Assembly: GCA_002633005.1 (NCBI GenBank)
Contig: NMRA01000186.1
Coordinates: 124,001-188,000, forward strand
Origin: Phoronis australis
Lineage: Eukaryota > Animalia > Phoronida
DNA length: 64,000 nucleotides
Direction: 5' to 3'
Of this stretch, positions 1-13,000 are shown piece by piece. Made by a program: the position numbers and the translations under genes. The stretch's first letter is position 1. Each line of letters begins with the position of its first letter. Under the pieces are notes generated by a model. That model saw only the letters and a program-made list of their open reading frames with translations, made no database searches and was not told where the DNA came from.

Positions 1-2250
1 ATGTGCTACAATTGTGCAGAAAATCGTCGACTTCCGGTTAACGATGGCGGAAATATTGGACGTGGCACATGCGCACCCCGAAATATGGCCAAAAACGTTT
101 TCTCCTGTATTTGCAAACCAATTACTTTCAAACTGGTCACGTGTTTGTTGAGTTTAATAAGCTTTTATAAAAAATTATTGAACCGGAAGTCACTTTCAAG
201 ATGGCGGCTGTGGGGCATGTTCACACGGTTTCAATCGCTCTGGTGTCGCATTTTTTATGGGAAGAGCAAATGACATGAATTTTTGCATGTGGATTCCTTG
301 AAGTATGACCTTTCAAAAAGTCTGCCAGAGCGTATTTCTCACACTTACCGTTTTCAAGTTATTTGACTTTGAATTTCAAAAAAAACGGCAAATTTTCAAT
401 TTTCTTGAAATTTTTTTGGATTTTTGCCAAACTACCACTTTAGATAGAATTTTGAACGGGCTTTCAGGAGATATTTTCCATTTTGCGCTACGAAGTCTAC
501 TTTTTGAATTATTCAAGATTTTCGGATACCGTTGTTCCTTCGGTCACACGCAGCTCACTTTGTTTTGGTCATGCCTAGTTGACCCAGACTGACCCAGCCA
601 GCACTGTCCTACTGTAAAGCATGCCTCATCCGCAATGTTGCGCCATCTATTGTTCTTTATTGTAGTTGATTGTATGCTCTATCAAAGTACGTAGAGTTGT
701 GGACGGGCTTTCAGATGATATTTTCCATTTCACGCTACAACGTCTACTTTTGAATTATTCGAGATTTTCGAATGCCGCTGTTCCTTCGGTCACCTATGAA
801 AGGACGCAGCTGGCTGGCTTTCAGTTCACTTTATTTTGGTTATGCCTAGTTGACCCAGACTGACCCAGCCAGCACTGTCCTACTGCAGACTGGACCGTCA
901 TGTTGCGCCATCTATTGTTCTTTATTGTAGTTGATTGTATGCTCTCTATTTGATTTCTTCGCTAGTCACATGAATGTTATCGTGTTTGTCGTCTTTTCGA
1001 TTAATTTCACGAAATTTGCACACAACATGTAGATCCGGAAGTACTGGAACGTTATTGTTTTTGGTCATGATCGGATACAAAATGGGGGACGTGGCAGCCA
1101 TTTTGTATCCGATTTCACAGTCAAATACTCGTAGAGGCCGCATTGTTCGACCTACATGGCTGAAAATCGGTACGAATATACTAGAACGCATGTGCTACAA
1201 TTGTGCAGAAAATCGTAGACTTCCAGTTCAAGATGGCGGAAATATTGGACGTGGCGCATGCGCACCCCGAAATATGGGTAAAAACGTTTTCTCTTGTAGA
1301 GGGCGCATTTGCAAACCAATCACTTTCAAACTGGTCACGTGTTTGTTGAGTTTAATAAGCTTTTGTAAAAAATTATTGAACCGGAAGTCACTTTCAAGAT
1401 GGCGGCTGTGGCGCATGTTCACACGGTTTCAATCGCTCTGGTGTCGCATTTTTAACGGGAAGAGTAAATGACGTGAGTTTTGGCATGTGGATTCCTTGAA
1501 GTATGGCCTTTCAAAAAGTCTGCGAGGGCGTATTTCTCAGACTTACCGTTTTCGAGTTATTTGACTTTGAATTTCAACAAAAAACGGCAAATTTTCAATT
1601 TTCTCGAAAATTTTTTGGATTTTTGCCAAACTACCACTTTAGATAGACTTTTGAACGGGCTTTCAGAAAATATTTTCCATTTTGCACTACGACGTCTACT
1701 TTTTGAATTATTCGAGATTTTCGGATACCGTTGTTCCTATGCAAGCACGCAGCTGGCTGGCTTTCAGTTCACTTTGTTTTGGTTATGCCTAGTTGACCCA
1801 GACTGACCCAGCCAGCACTGTCCTACTGTAAAACATGGCTCGTCCGTCATGTTGCGCCATCTATTGTTCTTTATTGTAGTTGACTGTATGCTCTCTATTT
1901 GATTTCTTCGCTAGTCACATGAATGTTATCGTGTTTTCCAAACTACCACTTTAGATAGAATTTTGAACGGGCTTTCAGAAGATATTTTCCATTTTGCGCT
2001 ACGACGTCTACTTTTTGAATTATTCGAGATTTGCGGATACCGTTGTTCCTTCGGTCCTCTATGCAAGCACGCAGCTGGCTGGCTTTCAGTTCACTTTGTT
2101 TTGGTTATGCCTAGTTGACCTAGACTGACCCAGCCAGCATTGTTCTACTGTAGACTGGACCGTCATGTTGCGCCATCTATTATTCTTTATTGTAGTTCAT
2201 TATATGCTCTCTATTTGATTTCTTCGCTAGTCACATGAATGTTACCGTGT
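1..2250. repeat. Complex tandem repeat (about 1.19-kb period with internal ~250-300-bp sub-repeats) in a UBR3 intron
   Basis: Sequence at 1 recurs at 1190; block gcctagttgacccagactgacccagccagca...gttgcgccatctattgttctttattgtag occurs four times. Confidence 0.85.
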
Positions 2251-2364
2251 TATTCATAATTGCCGCCTTGATCGTGTTGATAGTCGTCGTCCACCCCATC
2301 GTCGTCTTTTTATTTATTCTTTGCCAGATTATTGATTTAGTGTAGCTCAACACACAGGGCTTAC

Positions 2365-5300
2365 CTGACATTGCAGGGGATGCATCATCAGACACTTCAT
2401 CATGCTGTCTGGAGGTAACACATCACCTAGACGACTGATGTTGAGACCAGCAATAATCTGGTGAATGAAAGTTGCAAGGTAACGGTGTAGAGGCAGGTGA
2501 TAGGTAATCTGGTATGGGTTGGGCTGTAACAATAAAGTGAGGCCTATTACAACAATGCTGATAATAAAAAGCTACACAACCAGTTTCCAGCTCACGCTTC
2601 AAAAGGTATAGTTAATAAGCATTTATTTATTTCTATGATTCACATTAACGTAACACTGGATTGCAACTATTCCATGACCTTACATACCGAGGGAGGTGCT
2701 CATTTAATCGTCTTTAGCTTTGAAGTAAGTCGACGATGACTTGAGAGGTTGCGACGCATAGTCAGTAACCATGAATTAAAAACTCAAAACGAATTTGTGT
2801 CCCCAAGATGTTTGTCAGCAACATATTTGGCAAGAAATTGTTTGGTTTCACAATGCTGCATTATTCTTCAAAACAGAGTTAATTAATCAACTGGGACACA
2901 TTTTCAAAAAAGTAGGAAAAAGTACTGGAACTGTGACGTGAAAAGTAAGGAAATGTAGGAACAAGAGCAGGCATTCAGGAGTATTTTCCATCGATACTTA
3001 CCAGTGACGTTTACCTCATGTCACTGGCAGAACTCACCATTAGTTGGAGAGCCAGCAGGACTTTATTCACACTATTGAGTACAAACCGTTTGACTGCGTA
3101 ATTTCACTGTACATTACCTAACATTGAAGGAAAGGAGCGTCTTAAGTGGAACAATCCTGAGTTTTGGTCCATGGGGGAGGGCTCCAAAAGAGGCCCCAAA
3201 AATCCAACAAAATTTCAAGTGCAACATCCATTTCAAGTTTATTTCATTCAAATCACCACTCAAATTAAAATGATGTAACTTAAGACACAATACTTGAGGT
3301 GATTAAGTAAGACGCGTACTAATTAATGACCAATTAACGATTTATTTAAACTTTTAAGTGCAAGAACAATTCTCCACAAGATAGCTTTAATAGTAACTCT
3401 GGACATTACATCCAATTTTTCCTGGGGTGTGCAGATAAGACGGGGTGCTTAGACCCCAAGGGATAAAAAAACTCAAAAATGAACTAGCAAAAAAAGAAAA
3501 ACGAATTTTCTGATTACTATAATGGATAAACATTATTTCAAACAAAAAAATACAATAGATGACATGAAAAATACAATAGATGACATGAAAAATACAATAG
3601 ATGACATGAAAAATACAATAGATGACATGAAAAATACAATAGATGACATAAAAAATTGTTGTGTTATTGATTAAGGCACTTATTAATTGACAGAAAATTA
3701 ATAATTTCTTTAAATCTTTATGTGCAACAAAACATCTTTTTCTAACATATTTTAGTAACTCTGGAAATGATGTCCCCACCTTAAGACTGGATTTTTCCTG
3801 GAGTCTGCAGATAAGACGGGGGTGTTTTGACCCCAAGGGATAAGACGACACCCAAAAATGAAAAGAGGAAATACAAATTACAGTTTGATTACTATGTATT
3901 GCACGAGGGGCATCTGTTCTCCACTGAACCAAATGATGCAAAATTTGTTGTCAACATTTTCCGATCCACTGGTGGGTGTTTTGTCCAACATTTGGAGATG
4001 AGCGCTACACCCAAAGTCTAGCAACAAATGCACTTCTATCCATGTAAAATGCTAGTTCAGCTTCGTGCCATATAATACTGCAGCCCTCAATGCGTTTAAG
4101 CTTCTCAAATACGTGCTTAGTGTTGACTTTCATTTGTAAGTTTTGTCAATCACATTGAACCGATGCTTGCAGAGTTGGACAAGTTTCTGAGCTCCATACA
4201 ACACAAGACAAAATCCAGCAAGATTTTGGCGACTTCTTTTGTTGGGACATCACGGCTCAATGAAGCAAAAGCTCTCTGGAACTTATCACTTTTTGCCATG
4301 ATGGCACATGGCTTTTTCTTTCCTTTCCTTATAAATGCGCAGGACTGCGGTATAATCACATCCAGTGAACACGTGTAGGCCAAGGAGTGCAACACACATA
4401 GGTTGGCCTAGCATTAGCAATCTTAGTTACGTTCAAATAACGCATATTGCCTTGATCTCTAGTCCCAACCTCCATCCACACCTTGGATGTAACTCAATGG
4501 ACATGGTGTAGGAGCAACACTAGAAGGTTGATGTCAGATGCTCTTATGACGTCGCCAGGTGTGAACTTGAGCACCTTAATCATATGAAGGACGGTTCTGG
4601 TGTCGGCTTCCGAGCGATTACAATTTAGACATGGAACCGATGCTGTGCATACTTCTCCATCTTCAACAAAGAACTGAGTGCACTCTCACATCCAACCCAA
4701 ATACAATTCCTTTCCATCTAGAAGTGGACTGTAGAAGTTGCTCGACCAATCCTTGGTGTAAAAGACGGGTAGCTCTCATTTGAACGACAAAAAATGGCGT
4801 CTTAAGTTGTACAAATGGTGTTCAGAGTTACTAAACTATCTTTTGGATAGAGAATTTTTGTTGCACTAAAAGCTGAAATTAGCAGGTGTTTTAATTAATA
4901 ACCCCACGCATTTCCATGTCTTAAATTGCATCATTTTAATTTGAGTGGTGATTTAAATGAAATAAACTTGAAACGGATGTAGCACTCAAAATTTTGGGTC
5001 CTCTTTTGGACCTACCACGGACCAAAGCCCAGGATTGTCCAGCTTAAGATGCCCCTTTCGCATTCAAACCTTTTGCACTCAAAAGTGGAAAAAAGTCCTG
5101 CTAGTTCTCCGAGTACAGTCTTTTGGTTAGCATCACTTGTGCTTGAGGAAGTCCTCCATGTGCTGCTCTTGATAAACTGAAACAACTTCTCACTACTCCA
5201 AAAACACAACTTAGACTACAAAGTTTAAAGCAATGAGAAAAAGTTGGAAAAAGTAGGAAGTCTTAGAATTTCAGAAAAAAGTAGGAACAGGCCAAAAAAA

Positions 5301-6994
5301 GTAGGAAAACGTAGGAAAAGTAAGAACACTTGAAAGCCTTCCACTTTCATGTGTGTACAGAAAGCAGCCCAGTCGATTATTCATTATTCAGAATTAGACT
5401 CAAATGGGCAGATGACAACACTAAGCATTGTCTGAATATTACTAGTATGTCCTAATACTAAAGTCCCTCTCACCAAATACCTCAGAATCCTCCTGAATGT
5501 TGATGGAATCAAACCAGTCCTGAAGAGCACCCAGCAGTGTAACTTTAACTTTCTCTAATACTTTGGCTTTCTACAAAAGGATTACAAGAACACGGTAAGT
5601 GTGTGTAAATATCATCTTTTTCAGTGAGGCGTGGAATATGTTGCAAGTAGTTTATCCCGTTCAATCCGCCATCATGTGTACAGAGTGCCAGGTATAAACT
5701 GCTTTAGACACAGATAGTATCAAATACCGTCTTGTCAGGTTTTCAACAAAACCTGTTTGAATGAAGCCATGATACCTATACATGAGTCCGAGTCTAGATT
5801 GCATTAAGAAGATGGATCATTTTAATAAAAACAGAATTAGGTTTTTGCACCTTCAAAGAGACAAATTGACGTATAGAGCTGTGATTAACAAAACTCTCCA
5901 AGCCTGTGATGCAAGAACCATCCATCGCAATACAATGAAGACAAACTTGATGATTTTTAAGAGCATCCAATAAGACCTTAAGTTAGCTTACAGACAAAGA
6001 CTTCACTTTCATTTCTTATAATGAACATTTTTGCTAATTTCCCTCCATTTCTTCACATAACTCCCAAGTACGATCCCATTTCAAGATTCCCACAGACAAA
6101 ACTCTACAAAGCCTGTCACAGGTAGCACAACAGCTGGTCACATCATATTTGTGGAGTCATGTTCTTTAAATCCCGACATAAAAACACATATTGTAAACCT
6201 TGATTTCCAAGGTTCACTAATTCACCAGATTTTTAGGTTTTAATATTTTGACCAATAGGACTTATGTTCCATGACAAGTAAAACAAAGCAGTAAATGACT
6301 TTCTAAAACTGCTCTGAGGTGGTGGCGAGTTACAACAATCATTAAAATCTCTTGGTCTATTTACACCGCCCTTTTGTCTATTGACACTGTCACAATGTTT
6401 TGGTTGGTCTATTATACGGCCATCGTCAGGTGCTCCTGCGTTCGTACACTCATGGTGTGATTTTTTGTACAAGGCAGGATTTGAACCCACGACTTCTGAA
6501 ACTACAGGTAATTTGAATCCAGCACCTTAACCACTACACCACTACTTAAACCTTCCTAGTAGACTGAGCCAGGTGTCACTTGGTTGCTTGCTTGGCTGAC
6601 TGAAGACATTGCCTTACTACATGGCTTCCTTGACCTTTCTCTTGGTCCAAATAGACCAAGAGATTTTAGTAATAGCTGTAAAGCAGAAAATTATATAAAA
6701 TACGCAGAAAATTAGTAGACTGAAGTCGCTGATAAACATTACCTTCCCTTAGCACAGAGAAATTCACCTAAACATATTAAAACTCACCTCTCCTTTACAG
6801 GTAGACACCAGCGACCAGACAGGAGAGGCAGAGATCTCCAGCTCAGCAGCATACGCATTGTAATATGTGTCCGGCTCAAACTCTACGTGTTGCTCGAGCT
6901 CACGCTGATTCAGATTCATACCTTTAACATGACAGCACCGGTAATAACTTTTAAGAAGTCTTCCAAATTGACTGGGCAGTGTTATTATATCACT

Positions 6995-7055
<61 letters not shown>

Positions 7056-10000
7056 GAACTTTGATTGCAGCATATTTGCACATGTCGAGGTCCAGTCCAT
7101 GAATTTTTAGTATTCAAAAAAGATAACCAATCCCATTCAAATGTTTTGCATTCAGACATAGACCCACAATCTTCCCTTATAGGCATTCATCCTACTGACA
7201 CAATGCTAATTCTGTCCGTTAAAGAGCTCCCACCATGACCCTTAATACATACAGAGATTTAATAGCCTTTAGTATACCTGTTGCCAAGAAACGAGCAAAA
7301 ATTTTTAAAAATATGTTTTTCTGTTATCAGGGTTGTACGTAATGAGTGGAACACCATCTCTGCCATTGTTGCTTTTACCAGTGTGATAATGACATGTTGT
7401 GAGGAAAGTCCACGTAGAGCAGCCATTTTCAGACATGAAAGGTGCGTTTGTGGAAGCTGTAGTAACAGTAACTTCAAGTTGATTGAGAAAGTCTCTGAGT
7501 TCAATTTCTTGAATACGTGAAAGTTGCGGTTTGTGTGCTGCACAAGAGTGTGGAATGTCACACTTCGTTCGGCACATTTCAAGGAATCCTGTATCCGCGT
7601 CGACCATTTCATATTTAGCCAACTGGAACCTCAAAAACTCAGGAAATGCATGGTGGGAACTCTTTAAACAAAAGGATATCCCAGTTACTTAAAAAGCAAC
7701 AGATTATAGTCAGAAGAGGGACACAGATCTTCCCCAACCTCCCCTCTCCCCGTCCCCAATTACCATCACAGTTTCACTTACAAGCCCACCCTCACATACA
7801 AGCCAGAAGACCAGCTTGTTCACAAAATCAATGATACACAAATTTTAACAAAAAAATATGGAACCAAAGCTAGTCATACAAGTACCTTGGAAATATGTGA
7901 GCAACTCAAACCACAGCTCCAGTAGCTTATTATCGTTGAGAAACTTCATACAGACTGACTGGTGAGACAGGATGTTGATAAGGTCACTAATAACTGGCCA
8001 GTAGCAGCGGTCCTTCAGAATGTCCTTACTACACTCAACAACCATGTGGAAGTTCTGCTCTGAGTCTACAACAGTGAAGCAATCTCAAAATACAATTTAT
8101 TAATGGCCTCTTTGATCGGACTTCTTTCAGCCAGAGCATCCAACAACTGACACAGTAAGCCCTTCTTATAATGACTGCAGGAAAAGCATGAGTAATGTAG
8201 TTAGTAGAGGACCAAGCCAAGAAATTTCTATGAATAATGGGAATTTGTGAACCTAATGTGCTGAAGAATATGTGCATCATGCTTCTGTGCTAAACAAACT
8301 TGAGGCTATTCGATTCGGATTCATTACTAAAGCTTAGCAAAAATTCTTAAATGTGCAACAAATGTAATTGCTACAATTGTCCTATTTCTTTTTTTCAGAG
8401 CCTCAACTTGTTACTGCAAATGTTTTGGCTTTTATGAAATGTAGTTTTGTAATAGCTATACCACAAAAACATGCTACACGCAATGTGACAAAATGAAATT
8501 TCACCTGCTCCATTGTGTTCAAAACCAAAGAATTTTTATTGTACTATCTTTTGTGTGCCGCAAAATAAAAGATAAAATTCAATGGTAACTGTTATTATAA
8601 ACAAGCCATCTGCAGAAAATAGTATTTTTTGATAATTAAAAAATTATTAATAATCAGATATCATTTATTAGTATAACATCGGTATCAACTAGTTCGTTAC
8701 ACACATCAAAGGTTATTTCTGTACTTGGCACAGACTGACAATTTGTTATTTCTCAAGACCAGGGTCTGTGGACTAATCTTTGTACTCGAAATCAAATTAA
8801 TTAATTTTTGACACTTTTCATTCTACTTATGAGCAGAACCGAGTGCTTGAGTTGAAGCTGATGAACGTCTAGTACAAGTTCACATTTGATGACCACTACA
8901 TTCGAGCTACAAATGCAAGCAAAACCTCGAGATTTCGAGTAAAAACTCTAAATTTCAAGTTGAGACTAGAACAGTGTTAATGTTGGGATAATTAAGTGCA
9001 AGCCAAGATCTGACACTCACCCAGATAAACTATTGTATTACAGCATAAAATATTAAACACTTATTTTACTTTGCACAAAAATAGAGCTGAAAATGTCAAA
9101 AATAATTCTGAATTTGATTTCAAGTACAAAGGTTAGACCCAGGGCAAGTTTCAATAAGACAACTGTTCATGGAAGTCACTTTAGGCACCTAGCATGCTCC
9201 CAAGCAATAGAAAACTGTGAGTTCTTTCCAAGTCAAGAAATCACTTCTCAGTAAGTAGGTATTCAAGGGAACAGGTCAAGACCAGGTTTATAGCAGCAAG
9301 ATGTCTACATCAAAAATTAGTTGCTGTCACAGAGGGCAGGCTTACAACAGATTTTATATTATCAACTAGGAACTTGTCGACTTGTCAGTGCAATTAGATT
9401 ATGTAGGACCTGGTCAACTTATCGGTGTATTTAGATTATGCAGGACCTTAACTACAAAACTAAAAGTCTAAACTCAGTTAGAAAAAGTGCACTTTCTGAA
9501 AGTAAAAATGTTGTACACTTTGATTTTGGACTTTACAGCAGTCTGCTATTAATTGGATCACACAACCACGAGTTTTATTGAAGTTAAGCAAAAAAAGAAC
9601 TATGTACATTCACAACAAAACAACGGTATCAATAACAAGTCTAGACCAAATTCTGTTTGGAAATGTATAACATGAAATCTCTAAAACGTTGTTACACTTT
9701 TCTAAATTATCATTTTGAATTCATATGTTAGTTTTCATAAAAATCATTAATAAAAATCCTATTTCTGATAAACCCTCATGCAACAACGAAAAACTTCAAA
9801 AACATTAATCCTAACAGCAGTTAAGAGAAAAGTGCATAAATTATAGTGTGTGAAAATTTCATATAAATCCGTCCAAGCATTTCTGAGATATGATGCTCCA
9901 AATTTGTCAAATTTGGCCAGAACCTTAAAATATCTGACAACTTGATAGTGGCTAACAAACACTGATTACAGGTGTCACCCCTGGACAACTGATAACTTGA

Positions 10001-13000
10001 TGCAGATGGTCATGATAGCAAAATGAAGTTGTGGTACATTTTTGTTTTTCATCCTGAACCATAGGTTGGCAGTCGTAAATATTTCACCATTCTAAAGACT
10101 CTGTTTAAGCTGAACACTAAGATTCTTGTTAGAAAAGTATCTTGATTTATTTTTTGACAACACTACAGAAATCAGACACAGCCCGGTGATAAGCTGGATT
10201 TCACAAGATAATCTCTTAACATGTTGTTAAATCAAGGTGTCATCAATACAAAGACTCATAGCAAAAGATACCAGCAGCTGGTCACACTGATAGCGTTTGA
10301 AGCAATGTGGAACAGAGCGCCTCTTGTCCTGGGCTTTCTTGCCCTTCTGGTGACCGTTGATAGTCAAACTCAAGCTCCAGTGTCTAACAACCAGCTTTAT
10401 ACAATAATTTTGTCCTCGATCAATCAACTAAAAACGTCGCAGGATGACATCAGTAATTTGCTGACAACACTGCTGTCCTACCTTCAAAAGCCGCAATGTC
10501 AACAGTTTGTGCTTGACAAGCTGTCAAGCATGGAGAGAAGCATCTCTCTACTGCAAAAGGAGATCGTTCGTCGTGCCGGTGAAGATTCGAAAGCTTGTCA
10601 GAAGGCTGTCGAGAACAAAGTCGACACACTGGAAGCAACTATCAAGAACCAATCCCGTTTGCAGATAGAATCATGTTCCCGGCAAGGCAACACCCTACAG
10701 AAATCATGTCCTGAGAACTTCCTTCAATTCAACGACTCCTGTTATGTATTCGTCAACACTCAGCTCACGTGGTTGGCAGCTAGGCAGCGGTGCAATAGCC
10801 TTCTAGCAGACCTCGTCTCCATAGAGACAGCGGACGAGAGTGAGTTCCTAAAAAGTCTAGTCCACCAGACACTTCAAAGTCAATCAAAGTATTTGGTGGC
10901 AGATGTCTGGACTAGTGGGTCAGACAGGGAGCACGAGGGACAGTGGACATGGGAATCAACTGGCAAGAAAATCATCAAAGGGAAGTCATATACCAACTGG
11001 CAAAACGGTAAGAGCATAGGAAGCACTTAGTGGTTGATATGCAATTTAAACTTGACCATGGCCTAACTGACATTGCCAGATGGTCTACAAAATCCCACCC
11101 CAACAGCCAAAGTGAAATGAATGAGACATCCATTTCGAAAAATACTTGTTATGCAATAGTCACACAAAGCTTAGATTATCCTGAAAGTGTTAACAAAACG
11201 TAACATTAAACAGTGTTGATTTCACTGTGGGAAGACTTCAAGATGCACCCAGTAACCAAACTATTTCACAGACATTCATTAATTGTTAAATCAAGCGGTA
11301 TGTCAAAAATGGCCAACATACCTTATTAAATAAGATAAAACAAGATAAGAATGAACTGGTTTTACTAAGCCAATAATAACACACATGAACTCTGTACTGA
11401 CCACAATAAAACCATGGAAAATAAGAAACTTTCACTTGCCTCATTTTAGAACTCAATTTTGTAGTGACTGTAGCAAAATTAAACGAAACCATTCAACACG
11501 TCATTGTGTGAAATGAAGGTCCCAAGACATTGTCTAAACAGAGCTCAGTATAGCTTTATGTTTAATATTTTAAATTCCTATAATATTGTTCTCGTAAACA
11601 GTTACTATTACCCACAGTTGCTGTATTGTTGCTATTTCATGTCAGTCCTTGAAATTGAACGTTTTTGGGCAGTTGACTGAAATGAATATTTTTTACAAAC
11701 AGGAAATCCAGGAAGGATTCTATCTGGTGACTGCTTGGCGCTAAAAAGGGCAAATTTTCCGAAATGGAGTGCAAACCTATGTCTGGGACAAGCCAACTAT
11801 ATTTGTGAAATGAAGCTCTGAAAGACAGAGGTTTTAATGTTCTTCACACTGCGCATAGTAGAGTTTATTGAACAGAGCATTTAAGACATACTTAGAAATT
11901 AATGTGCAAAAACTTGCATATGATATGTGCCTTTCTGTAATCTCTCAAAACAGCAATGGCAAGTTACAAGCCTCCTCCAGGAATTTATTTCAATATCAAT
12001 TGTCTAAACTCTATTTCACAAGTTTCTATCAATAAAATAACAGAAGCATAGCTGAGAGTTAAATAACTGCAATCCAAATTTTACTGCATTTATAACTAAA
12101 CTGAGCTGTCATAATAGACCCATTGCGAATTACACAGCAACAGAAGTCTTTTAAGTGAACCAAGACTTGACTTGGCAACATGCAAGTCGCCAATGTCACC
12201 TCAGATTTTGTTTGGCAATCTGGCAACAATCGCAGATCGACAAGAAGTCCCCACGCACGCATCCCAGAACAAAATTATACTGACAGGAAGTAAACAGATG
12301 GAAGTCCGAATCATTTGGTGAAAATTGGAAGGGTCCGTTTGTGATTCATGTACAGGTAATGTTTGCCAATCATGTTCACCAGCATCAGGAGGTCAGCCTG
12401 TGCAATAGTTACTGGGCCCGTGAGGGGCAATTGGTCATCACTGACCACACAAGAAACTAAAAATCAGGTGACTTTGGGTACATAGGCAGACATTTGCTGA
12501 ATTCCTAGATTTTCACTTCAGCAAGTTGATTGTTTTATTTTCAGCTCATGCAAACAAGGCTTGGCGACCTTATTTTCCCCTTGGCGACCTAGGAATTTTG
12601 TCAAGTCACATATGGTGAATTGATGTTATGATAACTGTCAAGCTCGGTACACTATGGCCAATCAGCACTAGCTTTAATATTTTCCTAACTTAGACACCTT
12701 CATATTAAACAAAAATCTTGTGAAAATTACGATGCTTGCTTTAGAAATCAACATAAATTTAATGTCAACATACCTTGCATTTCACTTTGTGTAATAATTC
12801 CCCGAATCATATAGTCCAGACTCGTCACCATAATGTATAGTAGATTGTATTCCTCCACCATTTTTAGGGCAAATGTCTCATTACTGAACAGCTGTACACT
12901 GACGTGGACTACTTTGTTAGCAATGGAGTTACGATCAATGGAGTTGACAAGAGCAGACGACATGCGACTGTAATGCCGGACGAAGGCTCTGGTGAATTCC

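Larger units (their letters stand above)
2900..5340. mobile_element. Remnant of an older hAT-like element with AAAAGTAGGA subterminal repeats, interrupted by the 3130-5059 element
   Basis: Clusters of aaaagtagga at about 2905-2965 and 5240-5325; right end cacttgaaagcct; left terminus not found. Confidence 0.4.

Noticed and set aside
1-1806. Duplicated ORFs (1..273, 974..1471, 305..592, 1480..1806)
   Set aside because: Chance translations of an intronic tandem repeat; no recognisable domain.
6470-6546. Functional tRNA-Leu gene
   Set aside because: Acceptor and anticodon stems do not pair well; treated as a SINE-like head.
10221-10304. Upstream ATG extension of the lectin ORF
   Set aside because: The signal peptide begins at Met 10305; the extra 28 codons are probably 5' UTR.
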